Assembly: GCA_051294375.1 (NCBI GenBank)
Contig: CM119269.1
Coordinates: 17,346,265-17,410,264 of the forward strand
Reading direction: 5' to 3'
Source of the DNA: Paraspadella gotoi
Lineage: Eukaryota > Animalia > Chaetognatha
Length of the DNA stretch: 64,000 nt
The notes under the pieces were generated by a model. It made no database searches, had not been told where the DNA came from, and saw nothing but the letters and a program-made list of their open reading frames with translations. The translations under genes were made by a program, and so were the position numbers. Positions 50,845 to 63,032 of this stretch are shown piece after piece; position 1 is the first letter of the stretch; each line of letters begins with the position of its first letter.

Positions 50845-53800
50845 ATGATCTCTTTATACGTTATTTGCGTGGCCATCTTGTTCGCCTCGCTCGCCCATGG
50901 ATTTCCATCGTGGATGGAGAGCCTCCGCGGCGAGGACGCTTCGGCCCTTTCAAGGAGAAGACTCCTGCAGCTCGGAAACGATTCACGGACGGAAGTCGAC
51001 GAGACCAAGCTTCGTAACGACAGCCGAAGCGATCAGGTCTCAACCCCCTCGCCGCGCTCGCCCCATCAAGAGATCTCATTTTTCGCTCTCTCGATTCTCA
51101 ACAACACCTACACGTTGCCGTCCGCCGACTCCGACAGCCCCAACATCCACTCCAACATGAATTTCTTCTTCGAGCTGCCTTCCGGTGAGAACCTTAAGGG
51201 ATCTAGGTTTATAACCTCGCACGCTAAACCAAAGAGTAGTGACATGCTTAAATGTTTTTCAAAATTTCACTCGCATCCCCCACCCTTGCTGATTCTTTAA
51301 TAGACTTCACCAAGTCGGCGATACTTCAACTGGAGACGCGAATTTCGATGGCCTCCTGCGCCGAAGACCCGGAATCGATCGTCCGCAGCCTCGTCACCTC
51401 CGCCAACGGCGTCCGCACCGCCATAACGAGCACCTGCCTTCGCGGACGTCGCCAGGCCAGGGGTCGCGGTAAGTTTTTCTACCAAGGGGCTTTTTACTGA
51501 AATTTAAAAATTTATACCTTTTTTTACTAATTTCTTGAAATTTTTTTTAATCTTTAGTCCACGGATCATTCATGGACGACGGAAGAAAATCTATTGATGA
51601 TGATCAGGACGACGACGAGTCAGACGACAAGTGGGCCAAAGCGGCGTCCGCCGTCGTCTGCCCCATTAACGCGCGGGCCGATCGTTTGTGGATTGACGCC
51701 GTTGGTACCCCCGGCGCAGTGTTTAACATCCACATCGAGGCGAGGTTCAACAACATCAAAGTCGGTCATCCCAAACAGGTTGGAAAATTAAAGAATAAAA
51801 GGTGACTTGTTTATAATTATATAATAACAACACTGATAGGTCGGAAAATAATAATTTTGATTGGAAATTAAATTGCTTGCTGTTTTACATCACACCCACG
51901 ATTTTTTTCAGGTGACCATCTCCGGAGTAGGCCGCGACCACGGCGTTGACGGTGACGACTCTTTCACGGAGATTTTCACCTTCGAATTGGACCACGTGAC
52001 CGCCGGCTCGCAGATCATGCTCGCCTTTTCCTCCTCCATGGAGGACAACGTTCCCGCCGAGTTCACGCTCATGAAGGACTGTTACGACGGCAGCAGTGGA
52101 GCGAAGAACGAAGAGCGGAGGAAGATCAGGGGTGAGATAAACCAGGACAGAGTCCCTCGTTTTCATATTTTTTTTTTTTAAAGTTTAAAATCCGTTTCAC
52201 GCTTCTACCCTTCAAGGATTGCGGTACGCCGCTCGAATGAAGATGACGGCGAGACGTGTTGGGACCATGTTTCTGTCCCCCGCCACGCATCCCCGGATCA
52301 AAGCCGGCAAATGGTACATCGGCGTCACCCTCCTCAACCCCAAAGGATTTTGGCGCAGGTAGTTTTTTTCTTGACCCTGGTAAAGAAATAGAAAAAGGAA
52401 GCGCCAAGGAAATCCTTCTCCCTCAAAGAAATAGAAATAGAAATAGAAAAAGAAATAGAAAAAGGAAGCGCCAAGGAAATCCTTTCTCCCTTAAAGAAAT
52501 AGAAAAAGAAATAGAAAAAGGAAGCGCCAAGGAAATCCTTTCTCCCTAAAGGAAAAAGAAATAGAAAAAGGAAGCGCCAAGGAAAATCCTTTCTCCCTTA
52601 AAGAAATAGAAATAGAAAAGAATAGAAAAAGGAGCGCCAAGGAAATCCTTTCTCCCTTAAAGAAATAGAAAAATTAATAGAAAAAGGAAGCGCTAAGGAA
52701 ATCCTTTCTCCCTTAAAGAAAAAGAAATAGAAAAATAAATAGAAAAAGGAAGCGCCAAGGAAATCCTTTCTCCCTTAAAGAAAAAGAAATGGAAAAAGAA
52801 ATAGAAAAAGGAAGCGCCAAGGAAATCCTTTCTCCCTTAAAGAAATAGAAATATAAAAAGAAATAGAAAAAGGAAGCGCCAAGGAAATCCTTTCTCCCTT
52901 AAAGAAAAAGAAATATAAAAAGAAATAGAAAAAGGAAGCGCCAAGGAAATCCTTTCTCCCTCAAAGAATAAACTCGTCCGACGCGAACGCGACTCTCGCG
53001 CTCAACCGCCAACGACGACAGGGTGTCATCCTGACGAAGTCGTTGACGATCCACATCCGCGACGATTCCGAGGCCTTTCGGATCTGGCCCATTTTCGCCA
53101 TGGCCTCCATCTCCTGCGTGGGAGTCCTCGCTCCACTCCTTTATTATCGACTCCTCACCCAAGTGGAGATCAAGTTGGGCGCCAAACTCGGCCGCGCGTG
53201 GGTGAGTTCTGCGTTGCTCTTTTTCTTATTTCTTCAGGTTTTTAAAATTCACTTTGTCGGTCCGTCGTTCCCTCCTCCAAATCGCTTAGATCGTGACAGA
53301 ACATAGAATTATAATAAATTGCGCAAAGACAACGATGTCTGTTTGCCCGTCCGATCCCCCTTTGAACGCGGATTACTCATGAGTTTAGAGGGCGATTTAC
53401 TTAAAATTTTTTGTGTGATTAAGCTGGAAATAAAGTTTTGATGGAAACGTTTGAGTCGAAATGAGATTAAATAGAAAAAACTGCGAAACTTTTTTTTCCT
53501 TTTTATATTAAGCAGTTGTGGCAGCAAGACTTAAAGCTGCCTCACTGCTGTCCGTCCTCAGCCTCGTCTCAATGGCTGAGCAGGCTAAATCATCTCATTC
53601 CATCCGTGCGTCCCGGGTTCAATCCCTGGGTATCCCGGTTCTGGCTTAAATGTGACGGTGCCGGTATAAACATGCCAGTGACAGGAGGCGGTCACTGAGG
53701 GTCCGCAGCCCCTACGCCAGTTGGTGAGATACCCCACGCCCCGGGTATCACAGGCTATCCTCCTGTTGCCATAAGTGGTGAGCCCTACTCTTGAACACGC

Positions 53801-56800
53801 AACCGCTGCGCACCATGCGCCACGCTTACGTCGCTTAGGGTATGCATATCACGCCTATGCCCTACGTCTCTGGTAACGCTCCAGACTCGCTCGCCCGCTC
53901 GCTCTCACTATGGCAATGAGATCAAAACCTTCTCTCAGACATCTCCTCAGGATTGAGCCCCTGTGGAGAAGTCTGGTGGGGGATCCTGTGGCAGCAAGAC
54001 TTAAAGCTGCCTCACTGCTGTCCGTCCTCAGCCTCGTCTCAATGGCTGAGCAGGCTAAATCATCTCATTCCATCCGTGCGTCCCGGGTTCAATCCCTGGG
54101 TATCCCAGTTCTGGCTTAAATGTGACGGTGCCGGTATAAACATGCCAGTGACAGGAGGCGGTCACTGAGGGTCCGCAGCCCCTACGCCAGTTGGTGAGAT
54201 GCCCCGGGTATCACAGGCTATCCTCCCGTTGCCATACAGTATCATTAAATTATTAATTAAATAATTAATACAATGACTAAAACGACGACGAAGATGGCGT
54301 CGCCAGTCGATTAAAAAAATGTTATTGTTATTAACTAATTAATTAATTATTAAATTATTTAAATATTTAATTAATGCTAATGATCGTGGGCAAATCCGGT
54401 ATTGTTTGCTCAAATTTGTTCGTTTCTATATTCATATTTTAATTTTTATTTTATTAGATCAGCGTGATTTGTAATTGGCTGCTAAAGGGGCACAAAACTT
54501 TCAGCTACACCACAGTTTTGTTCGGTGTCACCCTAGCCATCGGCGCTTTCCAGATGGTGCAGGAGAATTGGTAATATATGCTTGTAGTGGAGCTGAATGT
54601 GAATACGATGAGTCCGGAACGGCATAAATTTACCATCGCCGACTGGGGAAGTTTAGGGTTAAGGGTGGTTTAGGGTTAGGCCGTAGGGGTGATTAGTAGA
54701 GCGTAGTGAAAGTTAAATACGAAAATTCTAAATGTCAATTATGAACAACATACCATCAGTGGACATTAATTTGTAAAAAAAATTAATTTTATGTTCTTCA
54801 ATTTTCGCAGTAGGCTATATTTATATGTTTTGTTTAAAAAAGTAAAAAGAGAGAGAGAGAGAAATGACCTTGGTACTTGGTAGGAATAGGCACTTAGGCA
54901 GTAGTCATTAATAAAAACACCATCAGTGATTTTTGACCACTTTTCTCCATGATGAAAATATATCTTTATATTAAATTATTGGTGCTTGCGATGATGACGT
55001 TAAAAGAATCAATTATCATATAATAATTATCATAATACGTATTTTAAACCCGAAATTCGTAGGTACAAGATGCTCGTTGCTGGCGACAGGGATCTTTGTT
55101 ATTATAACGAACGATGTTATGTAACAAACCTCATTTACGACTATCCTTTTAATCTCATAAGGTAGGAAGAGAGGCGACGTTGTCGTTTTCATTCTCCCAT
55201 AATTGTTTCATAATTTTTTTCCAGTTCAAACATTTGCTACGTTATTCACGGGGTAATCGTCGGTCTGTCTTTGTCCGTTCGCGAAGCTTATTGTTTTTCC
55301 GAAGGTAGACGAACTTTCGAAATTTTATGATAACAGAAGTTCTTTAAATGTTCACTATATCTTATTTAGATAATGTAAAATTTCTGATCAGGCCACGTTC
55401 TATACTATGATTTTTCTTTGGGCTATGCCCTCGCTTGGGCCTTGATCTTCGAGGGCGTTTTTTCTTCCATATATCACCTCTGCCCCACCCGGCTCATTTT
55501 TCAATTTGACACGAACTTCATGTATCTCATTGGCGCCCTTACAATTACCTGCGTTTTTCATGGAAACTCGATTACACAACAAACTCTCCTACTGCTTCAG
55601 CGGTCAGTAATAACACACGGTTCCCTAGACACCCCGAAAAAGAAAATAGAAATAACCCATTTTTGAAACACAAAAAAATGAAAAATATAATGTTTTTACT
55701 ACATCGTAGTGAAGTCGAAAAATACTGATCCAAGCAAGTTTTTTTTTAATTGAATTTTAAAGTTTTGTTATAATTTTTCATTCAAAATGATGAGAAATTA
55801 ATCAACGACTTTGTCATTCTTTGTCAAATTTGACTTTCTTTATATCAATCATTATCTACTGAAAGAGAGCTTTAATTTGAACTCACTCTCATAAGCCTAC
55901 GATTATTTGTTCTCAAGTTATTATTGAAAATAACTCAATTTATTACAAAAATAGTAACCATTTTGTAATTACTACATGAAAGACTTATTCAATTATTATT
56001 TAATAAAAAACTATAGGAATGTAACATACAATTGCTTAGCTTCAAAATTAACCTCATTTTAAATTTTTCTTCAACAAATAAGTACTATGAAATGCTATGT
56101 ATAAAATTTTATAAATTATTCAAAAATATATATATAAAATTTAACAATTTTATACATAGCATTTCATAGTACTTATTTGTTGAAGAAAAATAATAATAAC
56201 TTGAGAACGAATAATCGTAGGCTTGTGAGAGTGAGTTCAAATTAAAGCTCTCTTTCAGTAGATAATGATTGATATAAAGAAAGTCAAATTTGACAAAGAA
56301 TGACAAAGTCGTGGATTAATTTCTCATCATTTTGAATAAAAAATTATAACAAAACTTTAAAATTCAATTAAAAAAAAACTTGCTTGGATCAGAATTTTTC
56401 GACTTCACTACGATGTAGTAAAAACATATTTTTCATTTTCTGTGTTTCAAAAATGGGTTATTTCTATTTTCTTTTTCGGGGTGTCTAGGGAACCGTGAAC
56501 AATCGTAATTAATCTTTTTTCTTTACATTTATTTATTATTTATATGCTTATGTATAATTAAAATTACAGATACTCCCATTTAACTGAAGATGTCAAAAAG
56601 GCTCTTAATTTACTCGCTAGTCAAAAAAGCTTGCATCATACCAAAATTTTCCTGTTTTTCGCCGCCCCCATTCTTACCTTCAATTACTTGGGATCTATTA
56701 AGGAAGTGTCGGGATTCGGACCCGTTCTACAGGTTCGTTTTTGGTTTTCAGTTTCGAAAAACCGTTCTTTTCGGATCCGAGGCGACGTTAAATGCCACAA

Positions 56801-58839
56801 TTGGATATTTCTCCGATTAGTCTTGCAGTTGCCATTTTAAGCGGAGTAATAGATAGTTGTACACTGTTAGTATATCATTCTATTCGTTTTGCCACACTAT
56901 ATTTTTGTTGGTTTTTTAGCTTCCGTGGTCAGTTCTCTCTCGCCCATCAAAAGTCAATTCTCTTCAGGTTTTGTTCGCCCTGTTCGTAATCGGTTGGGCA
57001 GTGATGATCTTGATCTGGTCAGGATGCAAACTCGATATTCTCCCCGATTGTTTCGGGCTTTGGCGACCTAAGATCATCGCCGTAGAACTAAATCAGTACG
57101 GGGTCTTTTACAAAGGTTAACACTAAAAATTAACAATGGTTATTGGTTAATAATCATTATAAATAGTATTATTGATCGCTAAAAAAATTACCTTCTCTTT
57201 CCCCCCTTTTCGTCACATTGCGCAGATGCCGACATTCGTGAGATTTATGAGCCGAGGAAGAGCAAGTTTTCCTTCTTCGTCGTTGGCCTTTACCTCCTTT
57301 ATACCTTCGGCCTGCTTTACTTTCTCCTCGCCCACCTAATGGTCGGTAAGGGAGACATCTCCCAGCTCTTTCTGCTCATTTGCGTCGGTACCGGCTTCAT
57401 TGCCATGGTAACGGGGGAGTACCGAGAATGCTTGACCTACCAAAAGTGGAAGATCTTAAGGTTGGGATCCTTGGTCGCTTATTACCTCGTCATTTTCGCC
57501 TTTTGGTCCGCGGCCTTGTACTTTTTTAAGGTGAGGTTAATCTTTGTTGTTAATCTTTGTGGTTAATCTTTCAATCATTCAATTCTATTGCTTCCCCTTT
57601 TTTCTGCCTAAGGCCAAATCCATGACTCAGAAGAAGAAGAAACCTTACGAGAGTCGGGAATCCAATTTTCCGTGTATCCTCTTCGGCTTTTACGATTACC
57701 ACGACATTTGGCATTTGCTGTCGTCCTTTGCTCTTCTTCTAACATCTTATCGAGTCATTCTCCTCAGCCATCCTTGCAAGATGTGCCAGTTCTCTTACAT
57801 TCGGAGGCGAGTAGGATCCCTCGGATTTTGTCGCTATAGGATTTAGTTTCAAAACCTACTTTCTCTTTTAGTATGATCACGGGAAGCCGGGACATCGAAA
57901 TTAAAGTAGATGTCATCGGTCCGACCCCACAGCCTTCTCCACAGCCAATGAAAAGGTTTGATTTGTGCATTCCGACTGGTACGGTCACTCATTCGTTCAT
58001 TCAATTCCTTATTGATTAACACGGACGTAGGTCGGACACTCTCGAAGACATTCCAGAGACAGACGAGGCGGAGGAGGATGAGGACGAAGAGAACAAATCA
58101 ATTAAGGAGGCGATCGTCTCCAGCAACAACCTCGTCGTTTCTCCCGTGAGCGGAACCAACGGACGAATACCCTGCGAGGTCAACGGAAATGTCGGCGGCG
58201 ACAAATCTCCAAACGGAAAGTGTCAAAAGGGAAAAGATTTAGACGCCAATTTGCTTTCGCCTCCTTGCGTCAACGCCGCGATGATGTTGCCAGGTTAATT
58301 AGCTTACATCTTGAGATAACAAGCTTAATGTCCAGTAATGCCCCCGAATGGGAAAATTGGTGAAATGACCCAAAATTAATCGGAGATAAAAAGTTTTTAT
58401 CGCGTTGTTCCTTTCAGAAAACCGACTTATCTTAGACGAACGACTGAAACATTTGGCCTCCTCCGAAGATATTTCGGACGCCGAATTCGTTGCGGATCAC
58501 GTCAACGCGGAAGTAGAAACATCGAAAACCGTTTCCGAAGACATCTCGAGAAACGACAACAGTACCGGCGGCATCAACATCAGTGTTCCCGCCATCTCCA
58601 CTCCCGCGATTACGACGAACCCGGCCCCCGCAGAGCCGACGACCCTCCTGGTGCCAAAGTTGCTCGAGGTTCCGGCCTCCTCCTCCAAAAACTTTAGGAG
58701 GAAGAGGAAGGAAAAGTATTCGCCGCCGAGTTCCCGTAGCTCTGAAGGCGGAGCGGGAACCAGCGGCTCAGGATCCATAAAACGGCCTGGGTCCGAGCAC
58801 TGCCGACCGCCACTCAAATTTTATATTTTGCGACCTTGA
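50845..58839 (+). CDS. SIDT: SID-1 transmembrane family (SIDT/ChUP) protein, 17 exons (~1134 aa)
   Basis: Exons 50845-51184, 51304-51468, 51558-51778, 51912-52131, 52217-52358, 52967-53201, 54458-54570, 55063-55161, 55225-55304, 55392-55602, 56570-56732, 56968-57115, 57226-57530, 57613-57806, 57872-57955, 58031-58293, 58418-58839 join in frame; signal peptide plus family motifs GDRDLCYYN, SNICY, EGVFSSIYHLCP..FQFDTNFMY and ESRESN.PCIL.GFYDYHDIWHLLSS. Confidence 0.92.
52382..52969 (+). repeat. Intronic minisatellite, ~10 units of ~50-68 bp
   Basis: Unit aaatagaaaaaggaagcgccaaggaaatcctttctcccttaaag fills nearly all of SIDT intron 5. Confidence 0.92.
53573..53629 (+). promoter_or_regulatory. 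tRNA-type Pol III internal promoter in the LTR
   Basis: A box TGGCTGAGCAGG (53573-53584) and B box GGTTCAATCCC (53616-53626) within a T-arm CCGGG/CCTGG. Confidence 0.75.
53641..53720 (+). ncRNA. Type-P5 twister ribozyme (5' LTR)
   Basis: CTGGC(P5)-ttaa-ATGT(P2)-GACGG-tgccggta(P1)-T^AA-ACAT(P2)-GC-[CAGTGAC/GTCACTG](P3)-AGGGTCCGCAGCCCCT(P4)-ac-GCCAG(P5); pseudoknots CGG/CCG and GC/GC. Confidence 0.85.
54111..54190 (+). ncRNA. Type-P5 twister ribozyme (3' LTR)
   Basis: Identical to 53641-53720, 470 nt downstream. Confidence 0.85.
55616..56497. mobile_element. Chapaev-like (CMC) fold-back MITE, 882 bp
   Basis: CACGGTTCCCTAGACACCCCG...CGGGGTGTCTAGGGAACCGTG termini, ~310-bp TIRs, 4-bp TSD AACA; lies in SIDT intron 10. 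Confidence 0.85.
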
Positions 58840-61479
58840 TCTCTGGAACGAAAGTTGTGAGAGACCGCAGCGGAATGTACTTTTTTAAAAAAATCTCTCT
58901 CTATAGATGTCGACGCTATTATTGCACCACTAGCACTTTTTGCCTTCTCTCTCTCGTTTTATTTAGGATGAAAACCCATATGCGTTTTCTGCGGCTTTTG
59001 TAAAGAGAACTGCATTAGTTCTTTTCGCCGTACCTGATCTGTCTCTCTTTGTCCGCTAACAAACTAAAATGCGCCCGTTTTTTAAAATACGTACAGAGGG
59101 AGAAAAGTTAGGAATTTCAGAATAACAATTTTCAAACCACTATCCTCAGTCATATCAGAAACCAGTTCAGCGCTCAAATTATACTTGCGTAATCGTTGAT
59201 CAAATCTTGATGCTGGCGTCATTCGTTCATATGTTTAACTGAAAATACTGAATACAATCGCCCAAAGCTTCTTCAGCATTTATATTTTTGACTCTACAGT
59301 AAGCTGGTTGAAGCGGTGGGCATCTTGTTCAGTTTTTGCTCACGGACGTGCCGTCAGAACTACGGAATTAATTTATTTGGTAGTTGGAAACCAATGAGGT
59401 TTCGAAATCTTTACAGGCTGTCTACCTGTCGAATTTCGATGTCTTGGGCCCTAACCCTTAATTTGCAATATTTGTAGCAATGAGCAAAAACCCAGGAATT
59501 TTACTTACGGATTGAGTTACGACTAATGTGCCAGCAGGTTTTTTTATGCTAGAGGATTGGATCGATAAATGTAATTCGAATTTTCTAATTTGTCTTTTTC
59601 TGTATTGTTTGTTTTCTGCTACTCCTTCGGCCGATCTACTTATTTTTATTTTTTTGATTCCCTGACGCGACCTCATTTACATTTTTTAAAAATTCGTAAT
59701 GGTAGATCTTACTCTTTTTACATCATAAATTTATATTTACAAGCATTTTTTTTATTCGAGCTCTGCGTTTTTTATCGAGTGGCGAATTATTACTTTTTTC
59801 CGCTGCCTTTACTCTGTTACACCCGCATTCCTCTAGTCTAGATCCAAGTCTTTTTCTTTATTCCGAAAAGCTTGTTGATTTGATTTTGTTGTTGAATTTT
59901 TCTGAATCCGCATCGGAATCGGTTTCTTTTGTTTATATTTCACGAATGATATTCGTAAGTATTGCTTGCTAATTAACCGCTTATACAAACTGAATAGAAA
60001 CGTCAATTTCGTCGTTGTCTAACATTTAACCAACCCCAAAATTACACACTATTCCACGATTAAGGATTACGTATAAATTAGTAGTAATTTTTATTAATTA
60101 TGAATAATGAATCTGAAAATACTCTTAAGTTAAACTTAAAGAAACCCTCGCTAATGCAAGGGCTTATTTCTTGTTAGATCCTGACATAGATTTGATTTAA
60201 AACGTATGTGCAATTTGATCATCATGTATACTACAGTTTACTACACCCATGACTTTTAAGAGCTGTGCTACTTATTTTAGTTTTGTCCAAGATTAGTTCA
60301 CCCACTAATTTCCTTGTGCGAATGTACTCTAAATTCGAACTATTGCTATCGGTATACAATTACTGTTGTCTTGTCAACCTTTATAAGATGTCTTGAACGT
60401 TTTACAGAGTTAATTTATTTTTTAGGTCTCTCATTATCGATGAAAAACTAGTTTATTTGATATATTCTTACTCGCAGTGTGAAAAACCATTTCAATGGCA
60501 TTTATTTAATAAGATATATGTTAAAAAAATAAAAAGCAAGCTCTATACTATTTCTTTCCGTCATCCAAGGATCGCGGGAGAAAATAACAGTAACTTGGGA
60601 TTGCTATGTAACGGCAGTTTTTTTTGTTTTTTTTATACCGTAATTTAAAGGTAGGATTTCTATCAGAATTACAAAATATGGTTAAAAAATGTTTGGAAAA
60701 ATCTAAATTTTTGCATTAGTAATATCTATTATGATAAAGATTAATTAATTAATTAATTAATAATAATATCGGTTATCGAGGTTAGCTTAAGATTCTGTAA
60801 TCCTAATGGATTAAAAAATGTAGAATTCCACTTCCTCCACCAACATTTGTCTTTTCTCTTTAATATTAAAAGTTAATATAATCCATATCTAATTGTCTCT
60901 TAAAATATAAAGTCAAGCCTACAATAATAATTAGAAAACGATTGTGTCAAGACCTTGGTATTGCAGACGATTGGTAGATTTAATTTACTCCCTTTTTATT
61001 TGGAAAATTGAGATGCCACATTTCAAGATTGGCTACCTTTGGCGGGAAAAAGTGACGTTCCCATTTTTTGATCTGTTTGTTCCTTAACTTAGGCATTATC
61101 TCAGGCATTATACCACAAACTGACGTTGTTTAATTAATATTTGATGGTTGATTTAATTTTCATAGTTTAATTGCTGTGCTATTGCGGTTTTGTTATTTTG
61201 ACTTCATTTTTGCGTGCTGTGTTTTTCCTTAGTTCAATTTATTGTTTATTTCCAGAGCAATATCCTATGAAAACTAATTCTGATTTGGTCTGCTGACTTC
61301 TTTAAGTTGAACGCCAGAGAACAACGGATTCACAATAAATTTGCAAATGATCCAATTAATGATCAATATTTCCAGAGCAACTGATGGAAATTTAAAAAAA
61401 ACAACACATTAAAAATAATTTAATCCACATTTCAAGTATACGAATTATCTGTAGTTTTCGGTATACGACAATCATTTTT

Positions 61480-61830
61480 ATAATGTTAAAGGGAGCCGTG
61501 AGAGAGTAGCTTGACATCAAATGATAAACATTTTTACAACTTGCAATTTCAATTGCTCTCGTCAATATTCATGTATTCATCCACCACAATTGAAAAAATG
61601 TTTTATAGTCCATCATGAAAGAAATACCCTGAGAGTTAATCAGAACTATTAAGAAAACTTACTACTACCCAATTGCACCATTGATGAAATTCTTGCTAAG
61701 AAATCCTTTAATGGTAAGTTTCATGGAAGAAATGTCTTCAAGAATTCAAATTTTTTCCCCATTTGAATTGATACTGGGAAAAACCCAACAAGAAACTAAT
61801 TTTTAGAACTGATAATGCAAATTGATGTTG
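61480..61830 (+). pseudogene. Possible highly degraded LTR-retrotransposon integrase remnant
   Basis: Short frame-broken motifs IKKTYYYP, PFELILGK and RTDN; many stops, and motif order is not canonical. Confidence 0.2.
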
Positions 61831-63032
61831 GTGACTTACCGACATTTGTGAAGTTCATTTATACTTAGGTCAGAGGTGAACATTAAAAGAATGTTTTTCA
61901 AGAAAATTTCTCTTGTACCAAGGTTGCAAAATAAGTTGAAATTTCAAGGAAGTTTGCTGCTACAACAGAAAATGATGGGCGGTCGTGTAAAACCAAAGTT
62001 TTTGTATTTCGTTTTCTCTTTTTTGAAGCGGCTTATTAAAATAATTTTGCTTTAACGAAGATATTACTGTGTCTCCAATGTTTATCGAAGAATTACGTTT
62101 GTGTCACAAAGCGGTAAAGCCGATCGATGCGAAAATGCTTGACTTGATTGAAGTTCATATTTTTCGTTCCCCACCTCACACTCGGACCAATTATGTGAAC
62201 GATTAAAAAATTACTGTAAATTGAGATCATCTAAAAAAAATGAATATACGAATTCCAACTCTGAATAATTTGTCCAATGATGCACGCTACATTATCAAGT
62301 TGAAGATTTCCTCACAAAAACCATTAGAAATTTCTTCAACACTCTTAGGAGTATCACACTACATCATTCTCAATTTAAAACCGTCCATTCAATTTATAGT
62401 GCCTAACTTCAATTAGGATGTTGAAATATGTACTTATTAATTATTTATTTAGCCTTAACATTTATGATGATCATTGATCAAGGCACGCCTTCAAATTATA
62501 TGTTGCGAAAAAGTTGAAAAAATTCTTTGGTATGCGATTTTCTTGAGAAATTTAAACTTCATAAGTTCATATTTATTAAAACGGCATCATGTTTGTTTCA
62601 TCTCGGGAAAAAATTTATCTCGACACATCAATTTAAATAAGTACGTCCGATTATTTTATTCACTTAGTTCTCATGAAAATTCGTTAAAACCCTCGGAAAA
62701 TATGTTTCTTATGTCGATATTGGTCACTCCGAAAATGTTTAGAATTACAGTTGTGAATGTTGAATTTGTAAAGGAGTCAGCTTACTCATGTTATTGCATC
62801 GCACAAGCCCTTTTAGTCATAAACGATGTCAAACCTCCACAGCTCCCTGTCTAATAATTGATTGGCATTGGCTTCCATTAAAATCCATGGCGTATCGTGT
62901 TAGGATCGGGGATTCATGATTATAAAATATCACTGAGTAAATTTTACATGAAACTTTAATTTTTGTAAGCCAGATTAAATAAGAAAAAAAATCTTTCAAA
63001 TTTATCACACAAGAATTGTTGCACTTTTCGCA

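Larger units (their letters stand above)
53517..54236 (+). mobile_element. Second copy of the TRIM; LTRs 53517-53773 and 53987-54236, internal region 213 bp
   Basis: 4-bp TSD CAGT; TG...TA termini; PBS-like TGGTGAGCCC at 53776; GGTGGGGGA purine tract before the 3' LTR; lies in SIDT intron 6. Confidence 0.93.
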
